Part shown: piece after piece, positions 19,705 to 29,290 of the stretch
Layout: every line of letters begins with the position of its first letter
How positions within the stretch are numbered: position 1 is the first letter of the stretch
NCBI GenBank assembly: GCA_036479435.1
Contig: JAZGFI010000271.1
Span: 32,603-96,602, forward strand
Direction: 5' to 3'
DNA length: 64,000 nucleotides
Source: Planctomycetota bacterium
GTDB lineage: Bacteria; Planctomycetota; GCA-002687715; DRQF01
Program-made: the position numbers and the translations under genes
The notes under the pieces: generated by a model
The model's input: the letters and a program-made list of their open reading frames with translations, nothing else
Told to the model about the DNA's origin: nothing
The model's database searches: none

Positions 19705-20056
19705 AGATCCCCTGAAGACCGGGCCGCGCCAGGAGCATGGCGACCTAAGCCTCTGCATCATAATCACTTAGAGTTCTGGCCCAGTTGGGCAATACGATAG
19801 AAAAGGGCTTTGCGGCGGACAAGCCCGAGTCGGCAAAAAGGCCGCTTGCTCCGCAACCGCGCTCGGAACGTTTTGAATGGCCAAGGGTTCGCTCGCCAGG
19901 CCCTTTGGAGAAAAATCTCCGGCATTCCGGCCACCGAGAGTTTTCCGCATCGAGGCTTCCTCGGCCGAGGCCTCAACGAGAAATCGCGCCACCGCCCTTC
20001 GAGCGTGGGACGGGCGTGCTAAAAAAAGGCCGCTATTCACGGCTCTCGGAGACATT

Positions 20057-20746
20057 ATGAACTTCTTCATCGACCGGGCCATCTTGGAGGTCGCCCCCCG
20101 CACGCGCCTCGCGGTGTTACGGGTCGAAGATTGCGAAATCGGATTCGGCCACGGCAACCTGGATGAAACCCGGCTACGGGTCTGTACTAGGCTTCGCAAA
20201 GACATTAAGACGGGTCACGAACTCGTAAACGTCCCGCAAATCGCCGGTGTCGATCAGCTCATGTCGCACTTCGATGGGCAGATGAGACGGCCTCGCACCG
20301 TCACGGAAGACACGCTGCGCAAGCTTCTCGAAGGTGGCCCCATCCCGGTCGAAAACGATGCTGTCGACAGCGCCGTATTGCTTTCGATCTACTACCGGCT
20401 TCCGGTGTTCGCCGCCGACGCCGACAAGCTCGTGGGTGATGTCGGTCTCGTCCTGGGGCGAGAGAGCCGTGACTTTGAGGGCCACCAAGGGCAAGCTCGC
20501 GTTCGCACTGAGGATCGCATCTTCTTGACGGATGACATCGGATACTTCGACTGTATCGTCGCTGCCGGCAAGCGGGCGGCGGTGACCGAGCGCACTCAAA
20601 CGGTCTTGTTGGTCGCAGTTTTTCCCGAGAACGTCGGCGACAGCATTGTTCGCGACTTTCTGCGCCGTGCTCGCAACTGGTTCGAAAATCTCTGCGGTGG
20701 CGAAGTCACTCAAGAGGGAATGGTCGGCGAGCCCGAAACGGGCTAG
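20057..20746 (+). CDS. Stand-alone B3/B4 (PheT editing-like) domain protein
   Basis: E..LRKLL.G.P...N.AVD....SI.Y.LPVFAAD.DKL.G pattern; RBS GGAG. Confidence 0.7.
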   Translation: MNFFIDRAILEVAPRTRLAVLRVEDCEIGFGHGNLDETRLRVCTRLRKDIKTGHELVNVPQIAGVDQLMSHFDGQMRRPRTVTEDTLRKLLEGGPIPVENDAVDSAVLLSIYYRLPVFAADADKLVGDVGLVLGRESRDFEGHQGQARVRTEDRIFLTDDIGYFDCIVAAGKRAAVTERTQTVLLVAVFPENVGDSIVRDFLRRARNWFENLCGGEVTQEGMVGEPETG

Positions 20747-20886
20747 CCCAAGCGCGAAACCCGCCATAGGGGATTCCCCATTCGCAAGTGTGGCGGCAAA
20801 AGCCCAGTTTTCCCGAAGAGTTGGCAACTCCCCTAGGTTGAAGATTTCAGCGCTAGTTTTGGCGCCGGAATGTTGGAGAACAACGC

Positions 20887-21687
20887 GTGGCCCATCTCAT
20901 CAGCATGCTCACCCTCGTCGCTTGCGGATTCTTCCAGAGCCCGTCCCTGTCGGTCCAGGACGAGACCCCCTCGTCCCGACCGGCCAAGAAACCGACCAGC
21001 GCGCCCCTTGTCGTGCCCGTCTTTGATTATCAGCGCTTTGACAAGATCTTGGCCGTGGGCGTGTCGAGCGGCGGCCGGGTTGACTATCGAGCGCTCGAAA
21101 AATCGCAGCGAAAAGCACTCGGCCAAGTCGTCGCGACTTTCGCCTCTTTTGACGCGAAGAAACTCAAGACCAAGGCAGATCGTATCGCGTTCTATGCGAA
21201 CGCCTACAATGCCAACGTCTTGAAGATGGTCCTCGACAACAAGCGACCGAAGAGTGTCTTAGATGTGAAGGGCTTTTTCGACAAACACAAATTCAAGGTC
21301 GCGGGTCGCAGCTACACGCTCAATTCACTCGAGAAAATCCTGCGAGACGAAGGCGACCCACGGGTGCACTTCATCGTGAACTGTGCTTCCGCCTCCTGCC
21401 CGAAGCTCTTGGCCAAATCCATCCGAGCTAAGACTCTAGAAAAAACCTTGGCCGCAGCCACTGAGGATTACCTTAGTACTCGCCAGCACGGCCTGCGAAT
21501 CGACCGGAACGGCAAAGTCTGGGTGTCGAAGATATTCGAGTGGTACGCGAAGGACTTCGCCAAAAACGGGAACAAAGCCCAAGTTCTCGCGTGGATTCAA
21601 AAGCACGCGCCCGCGAGCTCAAAGAAACAGCTCGCAAAGGCGACTTTAATGAATTACCTGAAGTACGATTGGTCGCTCAACCAATAA
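20887..21687 (+). CDS. DUF547 domain secreted protein
   Basis: VDY.AL, AFYANAYNA, DPRVHFIVNCASASCP, SKIFEWY..DF, YDWSLN. Confidence 0.9.
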   Translation: MAHLISMLTLVACGFFQSPSLSVQDETPSSRPAKKPTSAPLVVPVFDYQRFDKILAVGVSSGGRVDYRALEKSQRKALGQVVATFASFDAKKLKTKADRIAFYANAYNANVLKMVLDNKRPKSVLDVKGFFDKHKFKVAGRSYTLNSLEKILRDEGDPRVHFIVNCASASCPKLLAKSIRAKTLEKTLAAATEDYLSTRQHGLRIDRNGKVWVSKIFEWYAKDFAKNGNKAQVLAWIQKHAPASSKKQLAKATLMNYLKYDWSLNQ

Positions 21688-21802
21688 ACCCCGCCGAGTA
21701 AAAAGCACAAACCCTCAAGGTTAGCGTCAGACGCTTTTCACTACCCTTTGCCGACCGTCGCCTTCGCCGTCGATTCATCTTAGACGACGGGCGGTGGCGA
21801 CT

Positions 21803-22201
21803 TTAGGCCAGGGGGTCTTTGAGGAAGTGTTCGTAGATGAACAGTTCCAGCTCGCTGCGGCGATCTTCGTCGAGGCCAAATGGCAGGAACTTGAAGGCGA
21901 CTTCGAAGCGATTGTCAGACAGTGGAATCGAGCGAACAACTTCACCGATGAACTCGACAGGAGTGTCAATCTCTGGAATGGAAATGCTCGCCGCGACAAC
22001 TTGTCCGCGCTCCATGTCGATGTCCGTGACGAAGCCGACGCCTCCTAAGGACAGGTCCTTGGAGTACCCGACGTGGAGGTCGGCGTTGTCGGCAACCGTT
22101 CCGAAGTCGTCCGTGATCCGAAACGTGACCTTGAAATAGTCCTTTAAACGTAAGAAGCGACGCTTCTCAATTACATCCGTCGTTGGTTGTTCGTGGCTCA
22201 T
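21803..22201 (-). CDS. PilZ domain protein
   Basis: EKRRFLR and DLSLGG motifs; GEVVR. Confidence 0.85.
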   Translation of the reverse strand: MSHEQPTTDVIEKRRFLRLKDYFKVTFRITDDFGTVADNADLHVGYSKDLSLGGVGFVTDIDMERGQVVAASISIPEIDTPVEFIGEVVRSIPLSDNRFEVAFKFLPFGLDEDRRSELELFIYEHFLKDPLA

Positions 22202-22497
22202 CGGATGTCCTCCCTAAAGTCGTGCCAGATGCGCCCTGGCTGCGAGGGCTGCTACAGCCCCGGTTCTTTGTTCGACCGTCATGAGCAAAAGCTTGGGCAA
22301 TTTCTCAGGACTTTCTCAAGAGCCGCAATCGCAACTCCCACACCATCATTACGCAACTGCTAGCCATTTCGGGAAGGAGACCTTTAAAAACCGGGTAAAA
22401 ATCCTCGGATTGGGACCCTGAAAACCCGATGTACCCTTGGAGATGGCCCAGATTGACTGGCCCAGCATCGAGTTACTAGCTGCGTGGAGTGTGCCTC

Positions 22498-23559
22498 ATG
22501 GCCGCGATTGACGAAATCTTCAAGATCATCAAGGAACAAGGGGCCAGCGACCTCCACATGGCGTCAGGGTCGAAACCCATGGTTCGCCTCAGCAGCAAAT
22601 TGTCACCAGTCGATTACATGGAGTTGACCCCCGAACTTAATCGCAAGTTGCTCTACGAACTCATGACCCCCGAGCAGGTGGCTGAATTCGAAGAAACGAT
22701 GGACATCGACTTCAGCTACGAGATCCCCGATGTCACTCGAGTACGCTGCAACATCTTTGAACAAAAGAACGGCATCGGCGGGGTCTTTCGCCTGATTCCC
22801 ACCGAAATCATGTCGATGGAGCAGCTCAATCTGCCCGACCAGTTGTTGCGATTCTGCAACCTGCCTCGAGGCCTCGTTGTCGTGACGGGTGCGACAGGTT
22901 CCGGTAAGTCAACCACGCTCGCAGCGATGATCGACTACATCAATGAAAACAAAAATGAGCACATCCTGACGATCGAGGACCCGATCGAATTCGTGCACAC
23001 GATGAAAAAGTCCCTCATCAACCAACGCGAAGTTGGCACCACTACAAGGTCTTTCAGTAACGCATTGAAGGGGGCTTTGCGCGAAGACCCCGACATCATT
23101 CTGGTCGGCGAAATGCGCGACTTGGAGACCATTCAGCTCGCCATCACTGCAGCCGAAACCGGACACCTTGTTTTCGGAACTCTGCACACCAACAGTGCTT
23201 CGCAAACGGTCGACCGCATCATCGACGTCTTCCCCGCCGACATGCAGAGTCAGATCCGAACCATGCTCAGTGATGCCCTTAAGGGCGTCATCGCTCAACG
23301 CCTCTTGCCTAAGGTTGGCGGCTCTGGGCGCGTCGCGGCGATCGAGATTCTGACGGTCACTTCTGCGGCTTCGAACCTTATTCGCGAAGGCAAGACCTTC
23401 CAGCTCGACAGTCTCATGCAAACCGGAAAGAAAGACGGCATGATCACCATGGATGCGGCCCTCGCCGAATTGGTCGAGAAGAAACTCATCTCAGCGGAAG
23501 ACGCGCTTCTGAATGCGCACGACAAGACCTACTTCCAGCGCCAACTCATGGGCGTCTAA
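22498..23559 (+). CDS. pilT: Type IV pilus retraction ATPase
   Basis: ASDLH, GATGSGKST, TIEDPIE, REDPDIILVGEMRD, TGHLVFGTLHT. Confidence 0.95.
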   Translation: MAAIDEIFKIIKEQGASDLHMASGSKPMVRLSSKLSPVDYMELTPELNRKLLYELMTPEQVAEFEETMDIDFSYEIPDVTRVRCNIFEQKNGIGGVFRLIPTEIMSMEQLNLPDQLLRFCNLPRGLVVVTGATGSGKSTTLAAMIDYINENKNEHILTIEDPIEFVHTMKKSLINQREVGTTTRSFSNALKGALREDPDIILVGEMRDLETIQLAITAAETGHLVFGTLHTNSASQTVDRIIDVFPADMQSQIRTMLSDALKGVIAQRLLPKVGGSGRVAAIEILTVTSAASNLIREGKTFQLDSLMQTGKKDGMITMDAALAELVEKKLISAEDALLNAHDKTYFQRQLMGV

Positions 23560-23562
23560 ACC

Positions 23563-24966
23563 TTGGCCGAGCTACAGGGTGTCAACGGAGACCTCGGTCT
23601 CTTCAGTATTTTCGACGTGACTCAGTCTCTAATGATGGGCCGCAAGACGGCTCTCGTCGTCGTCGACAACGGAGGTAAGCAGGGCTTCATCTACTTCGAA
23701 GAAGGTAAGATCACCTACGCCGCGGACGATGAGATGAGAACCGGAGACGCCGCGGCATTCGAAGTGCTCGCCTGGCGTAAGGGCCACTTCAAGATCCAGT
23801 TTGACGCGGAACGGCGCGAACCCAACATCACACGCGACACCGAAAACCTGATGCTCGAAGTGGCGCGCGTGGTCGACGAAGAAAAGCGCGACCAGGGGAT
23901 CGAGGAAGCGAGTGATGAAGTCGAGGAAACCGTTGCCAAGGAATCGTTAGAAAAGCGCTTCCGCAACGAGCTCAACAAGGTATTCAAACAAGTCGCAACC
24001 GACCGTGGGGCCGCCAGGGATCGCTATTCCGTCCATGCTTTTGACGAGCTCTTGATCGCTCTCATGGACCTCGGTGGAACCGCTCTTTATCTGCGTTCCG
24101 CGACGAAACCACGAATCAAGACCAAGCACGGATTCCAGACGATTCGCCAGGAGTTGCTCGCGCCCGGCGAAATCGAGTCGTTCATCAACGGCGTCTTGAA
24201 CGCCAATGAAAAACGCGAATTCGAAGAGTCGCGAGAGATCAGCGTCAACTACACTAGTAAACGCGGCGATCGGTTTAAGGTGAGTGGATTCGATGATGGT
24301 GGGCGCGTTGCCTGCATCATGACTCCAGCCAGCAAGCTGATTCCACGACTGGACGAGCTAAGCCCCGAAGCACCTCCTCTCGCTCGCCTGTTGGAAGAAC
24401 GCATGGGTCTCGTCTTGATCTACGGGCCCCTCGCTTCCGGCAAGAGCACTCTTTTGGCTTCGCTGGTTGAAGATGCGCTCGTCGAACGCGATAAGGTCGC
24501 CACCCTCTTCTCGCGGACCTGGACCTTCGACTTTGCCGACGAAGCTGGGTTTTTGATCCACAGTGATCTAACCCGTTTCAGCCTCGGAGTAGGAGGGTCT
24601 TTGCAGCGCGCCCTTGAGCAAGGGTCAGATCTCATCGCCGTCGACAAGATCCAGACGGAATCCATGTTTCGAGACGCGCTGGCCGTGGCTTCGCGCACAG
24701 CTCTCGTCATCGGGTTGATCGAGGCAGATGGCCCCGAAGAGCTTGAGCAAACGATTCGCGGATTCGCGGAGGGACAGGTCGCCGGAAAGTTCGCGCGTCA
24801 GTTCGCAGCCACTCTCAAGGGCATCGTCAACGTCGACCTCAACCACGAGTGCTCCGGAGCACAGGCTGGCCAAGGAAAAGTGAAACTCTGGACGCCCAAC
24901 AGCGACGAACGCCTGCGCCTGTTGAGTGGGGACTTCAGCGCACTTGGCGGGCCGGTCGCCGTCTAG
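23563..24966 (+). CDS. DUF4388/PATAN domain fused to a degenerate PilT/PilU-like ATPase
   Basis: N-terminal G.L..FS..D..Q...G.IYF.EGKI..A...G..A.F.VLAW..G.F. Later GLVLIYGPLASGKST and RALEQGSDLIAVD. Confidence 0.7.
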   Translation: MAELQGVNGDLGLFSIFDVTQSLMMGRKTALVVVDNGGKQGFIYFEEGKITYAADDEMRTGDAAAFEVLAWRKGHFKIQFDAERREPNITRDTENLMLEVARVVDEEKRDQGIEEASDEVEETVAKESLEKRFRNELNKVFKQVATDRGAARDRYSVHAFDELLIALMDLGGTALYLRSATKPRIKTKHGFQTIRQELLAPGEIESFINGVLNANEKREFEESREISVNYTSKRGDRFKVSGFDDGGRVACIMTPASKLIPRLDELSPEAPPLARLLEERMGLVLIYGPLASGKSTLLASLVEDALVERDKVATLFSRTWTFDFADEAGFLIHSDLTRFSLGVGGSLQRALEQGSDLIAVDKIQTESMFRDALAVASRTALVIGLIEADGPEELEQTIRGFAEGQVAGKFARQFAATLKGIVNVDLNHECSGAQAGQGKVKLWTPNSDERLRLLSGDFSALGGPVAV

Positions 24967-25028
24967 CCATTCGCGGCGAGGCGCTTAGATTGCGCGCTTG
25001 CTCGAGGCAATGCTGATAGACTTCCCGC

Positions 25029-27386
25029 ATGTCTCCTCACCCGCTCAAGAAGAACTCCAAGGGAGTGATCCGCCCCGGATCTCGACTGCTGTTTTTTGTC
25101 CTCCTGGTTCTTCTCATCGCGTGGTGGCTCTCCCAGCTTCTTGGCCCCAAAACTCCAGAGAGCGGAGAGGGCTCCGCTGAACTGACGGTGACCAAGCTGG
25201 CCCTCGAAGGTGAATCCCCGGCCGTTCGTCACTACTTGGTGAGCGCTCCGAGTTTCTCCCCATCTGAGCTCAGTCAACTCGCGGCAAGCGGCAGCCGTGG
25301 CGATTCGGGGTCGGGGATGCGATTCCTGCCGCGCTCTGAATCCCTCGAGACGCCCGAGGTTATCTCTGGAAACTGCGCATTGGGCGGAGAGATACCGCGC
25401 ACGGGGTTTCAGCTGTCGCCCTGTGAAGTCGCGGTCTTTGCACCTTTCGATGACAGTGCGTTTCCGGGGTTCACTCGCAGCGGAGCCCTGGACCGAGAAC
25501 ATGCCAGCGAAGGTGAGAAGTTTGTCCTGAACTTAGAGGCGCAAGTCCACGGTGCGCGGTTTTTGGTCAGTTCGAAGGATGAAAATCCTCGCGTCACGGC
25601 TGGTATCATCGCCGAACTTAGACCTTGGTCTCGCGAGACAATCCGATCTGCAGACTTGGGTTTACACGACCCCTTGCGCGGCGGCCGAGGCCTTTCGATC
25701 CAGGTCGAGATGCCGCAAAACTTTGCCAATGGACCTGGTGTTGGCGACGGCACCCTCATCCGCGGCTATGCCCGTCCCGCCATGCCCACAACGCCTCTTG
25801 GCCCTGCGCCTTATCGCGGCGCCGACAAGCTACAACCATCGGCGTCGACCGCCCTGTTCTTAGTCATCGCGGACGCCGACAACATCTTGCTCTTCCCCGG
25901 ACTGAGCCGCGGCAGTTTCGATGTCCTGATCCTGGCCGAGGGGTTTCGGCCCGTGGCTCAGACTCTCGAAGGCGGCCAGAACGTCCAGATCGCGCTCCAA
26001 CGGTCCGAGGCATCCAAGTTCAATTCACTGACTTGGCCTCGAGCTCAAGAAGGTGCCGTTCTCGCGTCGCTGAAGAAAACCCATTCAGGTCGAGTTGGCA
26101 GCGTCCCCAGTTTCCTAATCGAACCGGACCGCCACGGTCGCTTGACGCTTGAATTCGCAGAAAGCACCAACTTTCAATTGCTCCGCCCCGGGTTTCCCGT
26201 TCGCGCGTTCATTTCTGAAGCCAACTTGACGACGCTCCTGACTGAATCCGCCGGGCAAGTTCGATTGCCAGCAGAGTCCGCAACGTCGGGCCACGATCCG
26301 GGACTCGTCTTGGAGGCGATCGAAGCCCTTGGGGTCTCCGCCGAGCAGATGTCCACCCGGCGTTTCGTCGACGAGGCTTTCGGCCGGGCCTTTCTTCGCT
26401 GCGACGGGCAAGTTCTGGACTTCGCTCCTGGACTTTACGCCGCAGTCTGGCGTTTGCCGCAGGGGCAACGCTGGCAGGCTGAGCCCTTTGAGGTTCTCCC
26501 CGACAAAGAAGTTTCCTTGCCACTTCCCGATGCCTACCCGCCGGCGCGTTGCTTGGAAATCTCTTTGGTCAGCAAGATCAGCCGCCTCCCCGTCATGGGT
26601 GCCGCGCTAACTTTAGGTCAAGTGGACCCGAGTCGAGGCGAGCTGCCGGGACGTCCCGTGGCCACGAGCGACGATAAGGGCGTCATCCGATTGGAGGGCA
26701 TTCCGCGCTCGGCGATGGAGTGGACCATCCTCGCTCCAGGACACGATCCCCTGCGCGGGCAAAGTGAGATCGAATCCTTAGAGGGCAAGAAACTCTATCT
26801 CGCGATGTCGCCGTCGCCCGGCCGGTGCGAGATCCGCGTCGAGGACCAAAAAGGCCGGCCGATCGGAGGTCTCACCGCTTTTTTATTGGACCCCAATGGT
26901 CATCGTTATGTCGCGAGCAGCTCTCCAGATGGACGCCTGCAGTTCAGTGCACTTTCGGCGGGGCGTTATTTGCTCTACGGCGGCCGGACGGTGCCCCCCG
27001 CGGACGACTCCGTCGCCTGGCAGTTCTCTGGTGCGGCGGGCCCCATCATCTCAGTGCCACCCGCGCTCAAGGCCAAGCCCTTCGTGTGGCGTCTACCGCG
27101 TCAAGTCAAATGCCGATTCCAAATCCTCTTTCGCAACCTGGATTCGGGACCGGTTCACCTTCAACTTCAACACACAGAATCCGCCTTGGCTCCCGGCCTT
27201 TGGCCCAAGGTCGACCTCGGGACCCAAACATCGGGTATTCTCGAGGTCGATGGCCTGTTTCCGGGAACCTATCATGCTCTTGCGGTCGCCGGAAAAAAAG
27301 CGGCGTTCTTGCGCATCATCGTCCCCGCCGGGCCGCTGCAAACCATAGATCTCGACTTCGATTTCAAACCCAAGCTCAAACGTTGA
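25029..27386 (+). CDS. Membrane-anchored hypothetical protein with carboxypeptidase-regulatory-like domains
   Basis: N-terminal TM helix; SDDKG.IRL.G and V.DQ.GRPI.G...SPDG.L.F..L.AG.Y modules. Confidence 0.65.
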   Translation: MSPHPLKKNSKGVIRPGSRLLFFVLLVLLIAWWLSQLLGPKTPESGEGSAELTVTKLALEGESPAVRHYLVSAPSFSPSELSQLAASGSRGDSGSGMRFLPRSESLETPEVISGNCALGGEIPRTGFQLSPCEVAVFAPFDDSAFPGFTRSGALDREHASEGEKFVLNLEAQVHGARFLVSSKDENPRVTAGIIAELRPWSRETIRSADLGLHDPLRGGRGLSIQVEMPQNFANGPGVGDGTLIRGYARPAMPTTPLGPAPYRGADKLQPSASTALFLVIADADNILLFPGLSRGSFDVLILAEGFRPVAQTLEGGQNVQIALQRSEASKFNSLTWPRAQEGAVLASLKKTHSGRVGSVPSFLIEPDRHGRLTLEFAESTNFQLLRPGFPVRAFISEANLTTLLTESAGQVRLPAESATSGHDPGLVLEAIEALGVSAEQMSTRRFVDEAFGRAFLRCDGQVLDFAPGLYAAVWRLPQGQRWQAEPFEVLPDKEVSLPLPDAYPPARCLEISLVSKISRLPVMGAALTLGQVDPSRGELPGRPVATSDDKGVIRLEGIPRSAMEWTILAPGHDPLRGQSEIESLEGKKLYLAMSPSPGRCEIRVEDQKGRPIGGLTAFLLDPNGHRYVASSSPDGRLQFSALSAGRYLLYGGRTVPPADDSVAWQFSGAAGPIISVPPALKAKPFVWRLPRQVKCRFQILFRNLDSGPVHLQLQHTESALAPGLWPKVDLGTQTSGILEVDGLFPGTYHALAVAGKKAAFLRIIVPAGPLQTIDLDFDFKPKLKR

Positions 27387-27393
27387 TCTCACT

Positions 27394-29205
27394 ATGAATC
27401 CAATCCTCTTCCGCTACCTGTGCTGTACCGGGCTATTGATGGCGGCTTTAGGGCTCTTTGCCCCTTCAAACTTCGCCCAAACCTACGAGGCCAGCTCGGC
27501 GCAAAGGGACGACCTCGGAGCCAGAATGGCTTTTGATGGCAAGCCGACGACCCGGTGGAGCGCTCGATTCAAGGAGAAATCCGGCTGGATACAAGTCACT
27601 TTTGACGAGCCTCGTGAGTTCTCGTCGGTCACGATCTATTCCGGCACCACTGACTTGAAAGGCGCGCCGAAGGGTTTTCAAATCCTCGCGGGTAAACCTG
27701 GCTCGCTGAAGACTCTCAAGAAGATCAAGACGAACGACCGCGACAGTCGTCTCGTCAAATTCAGAAAGACGAAAGCGCGATGCTGGCGATTGAAAATCGA
27801 CACCTTGATCAACGAAAAGTGGTCCCCCACCATCGCCGAGCTGACCTGGTCAGGGCCCAATTCGGCCGGAACAAAAGACAAGACCGAGTCCACGGCTGGC
27901 GCGCCGATCAAGGCCTCTGATCCCGGCATCGCGGGTCGAGGCCCGGAACGCGTTTTGGACGGCGACCCCAAGACAAACTTTGAAGCCGCCAAAAAGGGCA
28001 AGGTCTGGTTAGAGCGTCGCTTCGACCGCCCGCAGACCTTCGATGCCCTCGAGCTGAACGTTCATGCCCGAGCTGGTTTTGGCGTCGCCAAAAATATCCG
28101 CCTGAAGGCTCGCGTCGGTCGTCGCTGGAAAAAACTCCTGAGCCTCGACGATGTCTATCGCAATCACGTTCGACTGCGCTTCAAGTCCACGAAAGCCGAA
28201 GTCTGGCGACTGGAAATTGAGGAAGTCGTCAACGACCGGGGCAGCGTGCGATTGAGTCAGTTCGATTTGTCGCAACTAGGAGAAAATGAGTTCCCGGCCG
28301 AGGCTGCCCCAGAAGTCGACCCCGAAGATGTCAATCAAGCCATCGAACGCGGCGCAGCTTGGCTCACTTCCAAACGGCGAAAAGATGGCAATTGGCCAAC
28401 AAAGCACAGCAAAGAGTACCCCATGGGCGTGATGTCACTGTGCGGTTTGGCTCTAAAGAAATCCGGGCTCACGCGCGATGATCCGCTCATGCTCGATCTC
28501 GCGGCGCGTCTCAAAAAAATGGAGAGCCAAAAAGTCTACTCCGTCGCCCTTCAAGTCCTCTTTCTTCGCGCGCTCAGTGCCAAACGCTACAACGATCGTG
28601 TCGAGAAACTCGCGGACTGGCTCATCGAAGCCCAAGGGCCCGACGGTTTGTGGGCCTACCCCACGGGCCGCACCGACTTGTCCAACGCGCAGTACGCACT
28701 TTTGGCCCTCAAAGCCGCTAAAGAACTCGGCATCAAGATCCCAAATAGGGTCTTCAAGAAAAGCCTCGACTGGATGCTTCGCGGCCCGCAAAAAGGTGGA
28801 GGGTTCAACTACGTCCCGCACGGAAAAGCGGCGCGAGACCCCGCGACCGGCAGCATGACCGCCGCTGGTTTGGCCTGCATCGACATCTGTTTGAAAGCGC
28901 TCGGGCCAAATCGCGGCCGTGAGCAGAGCGCCAAGAAAGTCGTCAGCGCCGCTTTTGACTGGCTTGACGAACGCTTCGTGGTCGAGATGAACCCCGGCTC
29001 TCACCAAAGCCACTACTACTACCTCTACGGTATCGAGCGTATCGGCGCATTCTACCTGCGTAAGATGATCGGCGGTAAGCCCTGGTACCCCCTGGGAGCC
29101 GAACACTTGCTGGCCTGGCAAAGGAGCGAGGGTTCCTGGCACGGCAGCATCGAAGACACCTGCTTTGCGCTCTTGTTCCTCAACCGTTCCAGCCTGACGA
29201 AGTAG
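27394..29205 (+). CDS. Secreted protein with two F5/8 type C (discoidin) domains plus a prenyltransferase/squalene-oxidase-repeat domain
   Basis: AFDGKPTTRW and VLDGDPKT; V..AI.RG..WL, Q..DG.W.Y, DLSNAQYALLAL, SMTAAG, YYYLYGIER, DTCFALLFL. Confidence 0.8.
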   Translation: MNPILFRYLCCTGLLMAALGLFAPSNFAQTYEASSAQRDDLGARMAFDGKPTTRWSARFKEKSGWIQVTFDEPREFSSVTIYSGTTDLKGAPKGFQILAGKPGSLKTLKKIKTNDRDSRLVKFRKTKARCWRLKIDTLINEKWSPTIAELTWSGPNSAGTKDKTESTAGAPIKASDPGIAGRGPERVLDGDPKTNFEAAKKGKVWLERRFDRPQTFDALELNVHARAGFGVAKNIRLKARVGRRWKKLLSLDDVYRNHVRLRFKSTKAEVWRLEIEEVVNDRGSVRLSQFDLSQLGENEFPAEAAPEVDPEDVNQAIERGAAWLTSKRRKDGNWPTKHSKEYPMGVMSLCGLALKKSGLTRDDPLMLDLAARLKKMESQKVYSVALQVLFLRALSAKRYNDRVEKLADWLIEAQGPDGLWAYPTGRTDLSNAQYALLALKAAKELGIKIPNRVFKKSLDWMLRGPQKGGGFNYVPHGKAARDPATGSMTAAGLACIDICLKALGPNRGREQSAKKVVSAAFDWLDERFVVEMNPGSHQSHYYYLYGIERIGAFYLRKMIGGKPWYPLGAEHLLAWQRSEGSWHGSIEDTCFALLFLNRSSLTK

Positions 29206-29232
29206 AGCGCAAAAACCACGGCGTTCTAAACC

Positions 29233-29268
29233 ACGAAAAAAGCCGCCCCGAGGAGCGGCTTTTTTCGT
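29233..29268. terminator. Bidirectional intrinsic terminator
   Basis: ACGAAAAAAGCCGC-cccgagga-GCGGCTTTTTTCGT between convergent genes. Confidence 0.88.
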
Positions 29269-29290
29269 TCTGGTGATCACCTTGGCGAGG

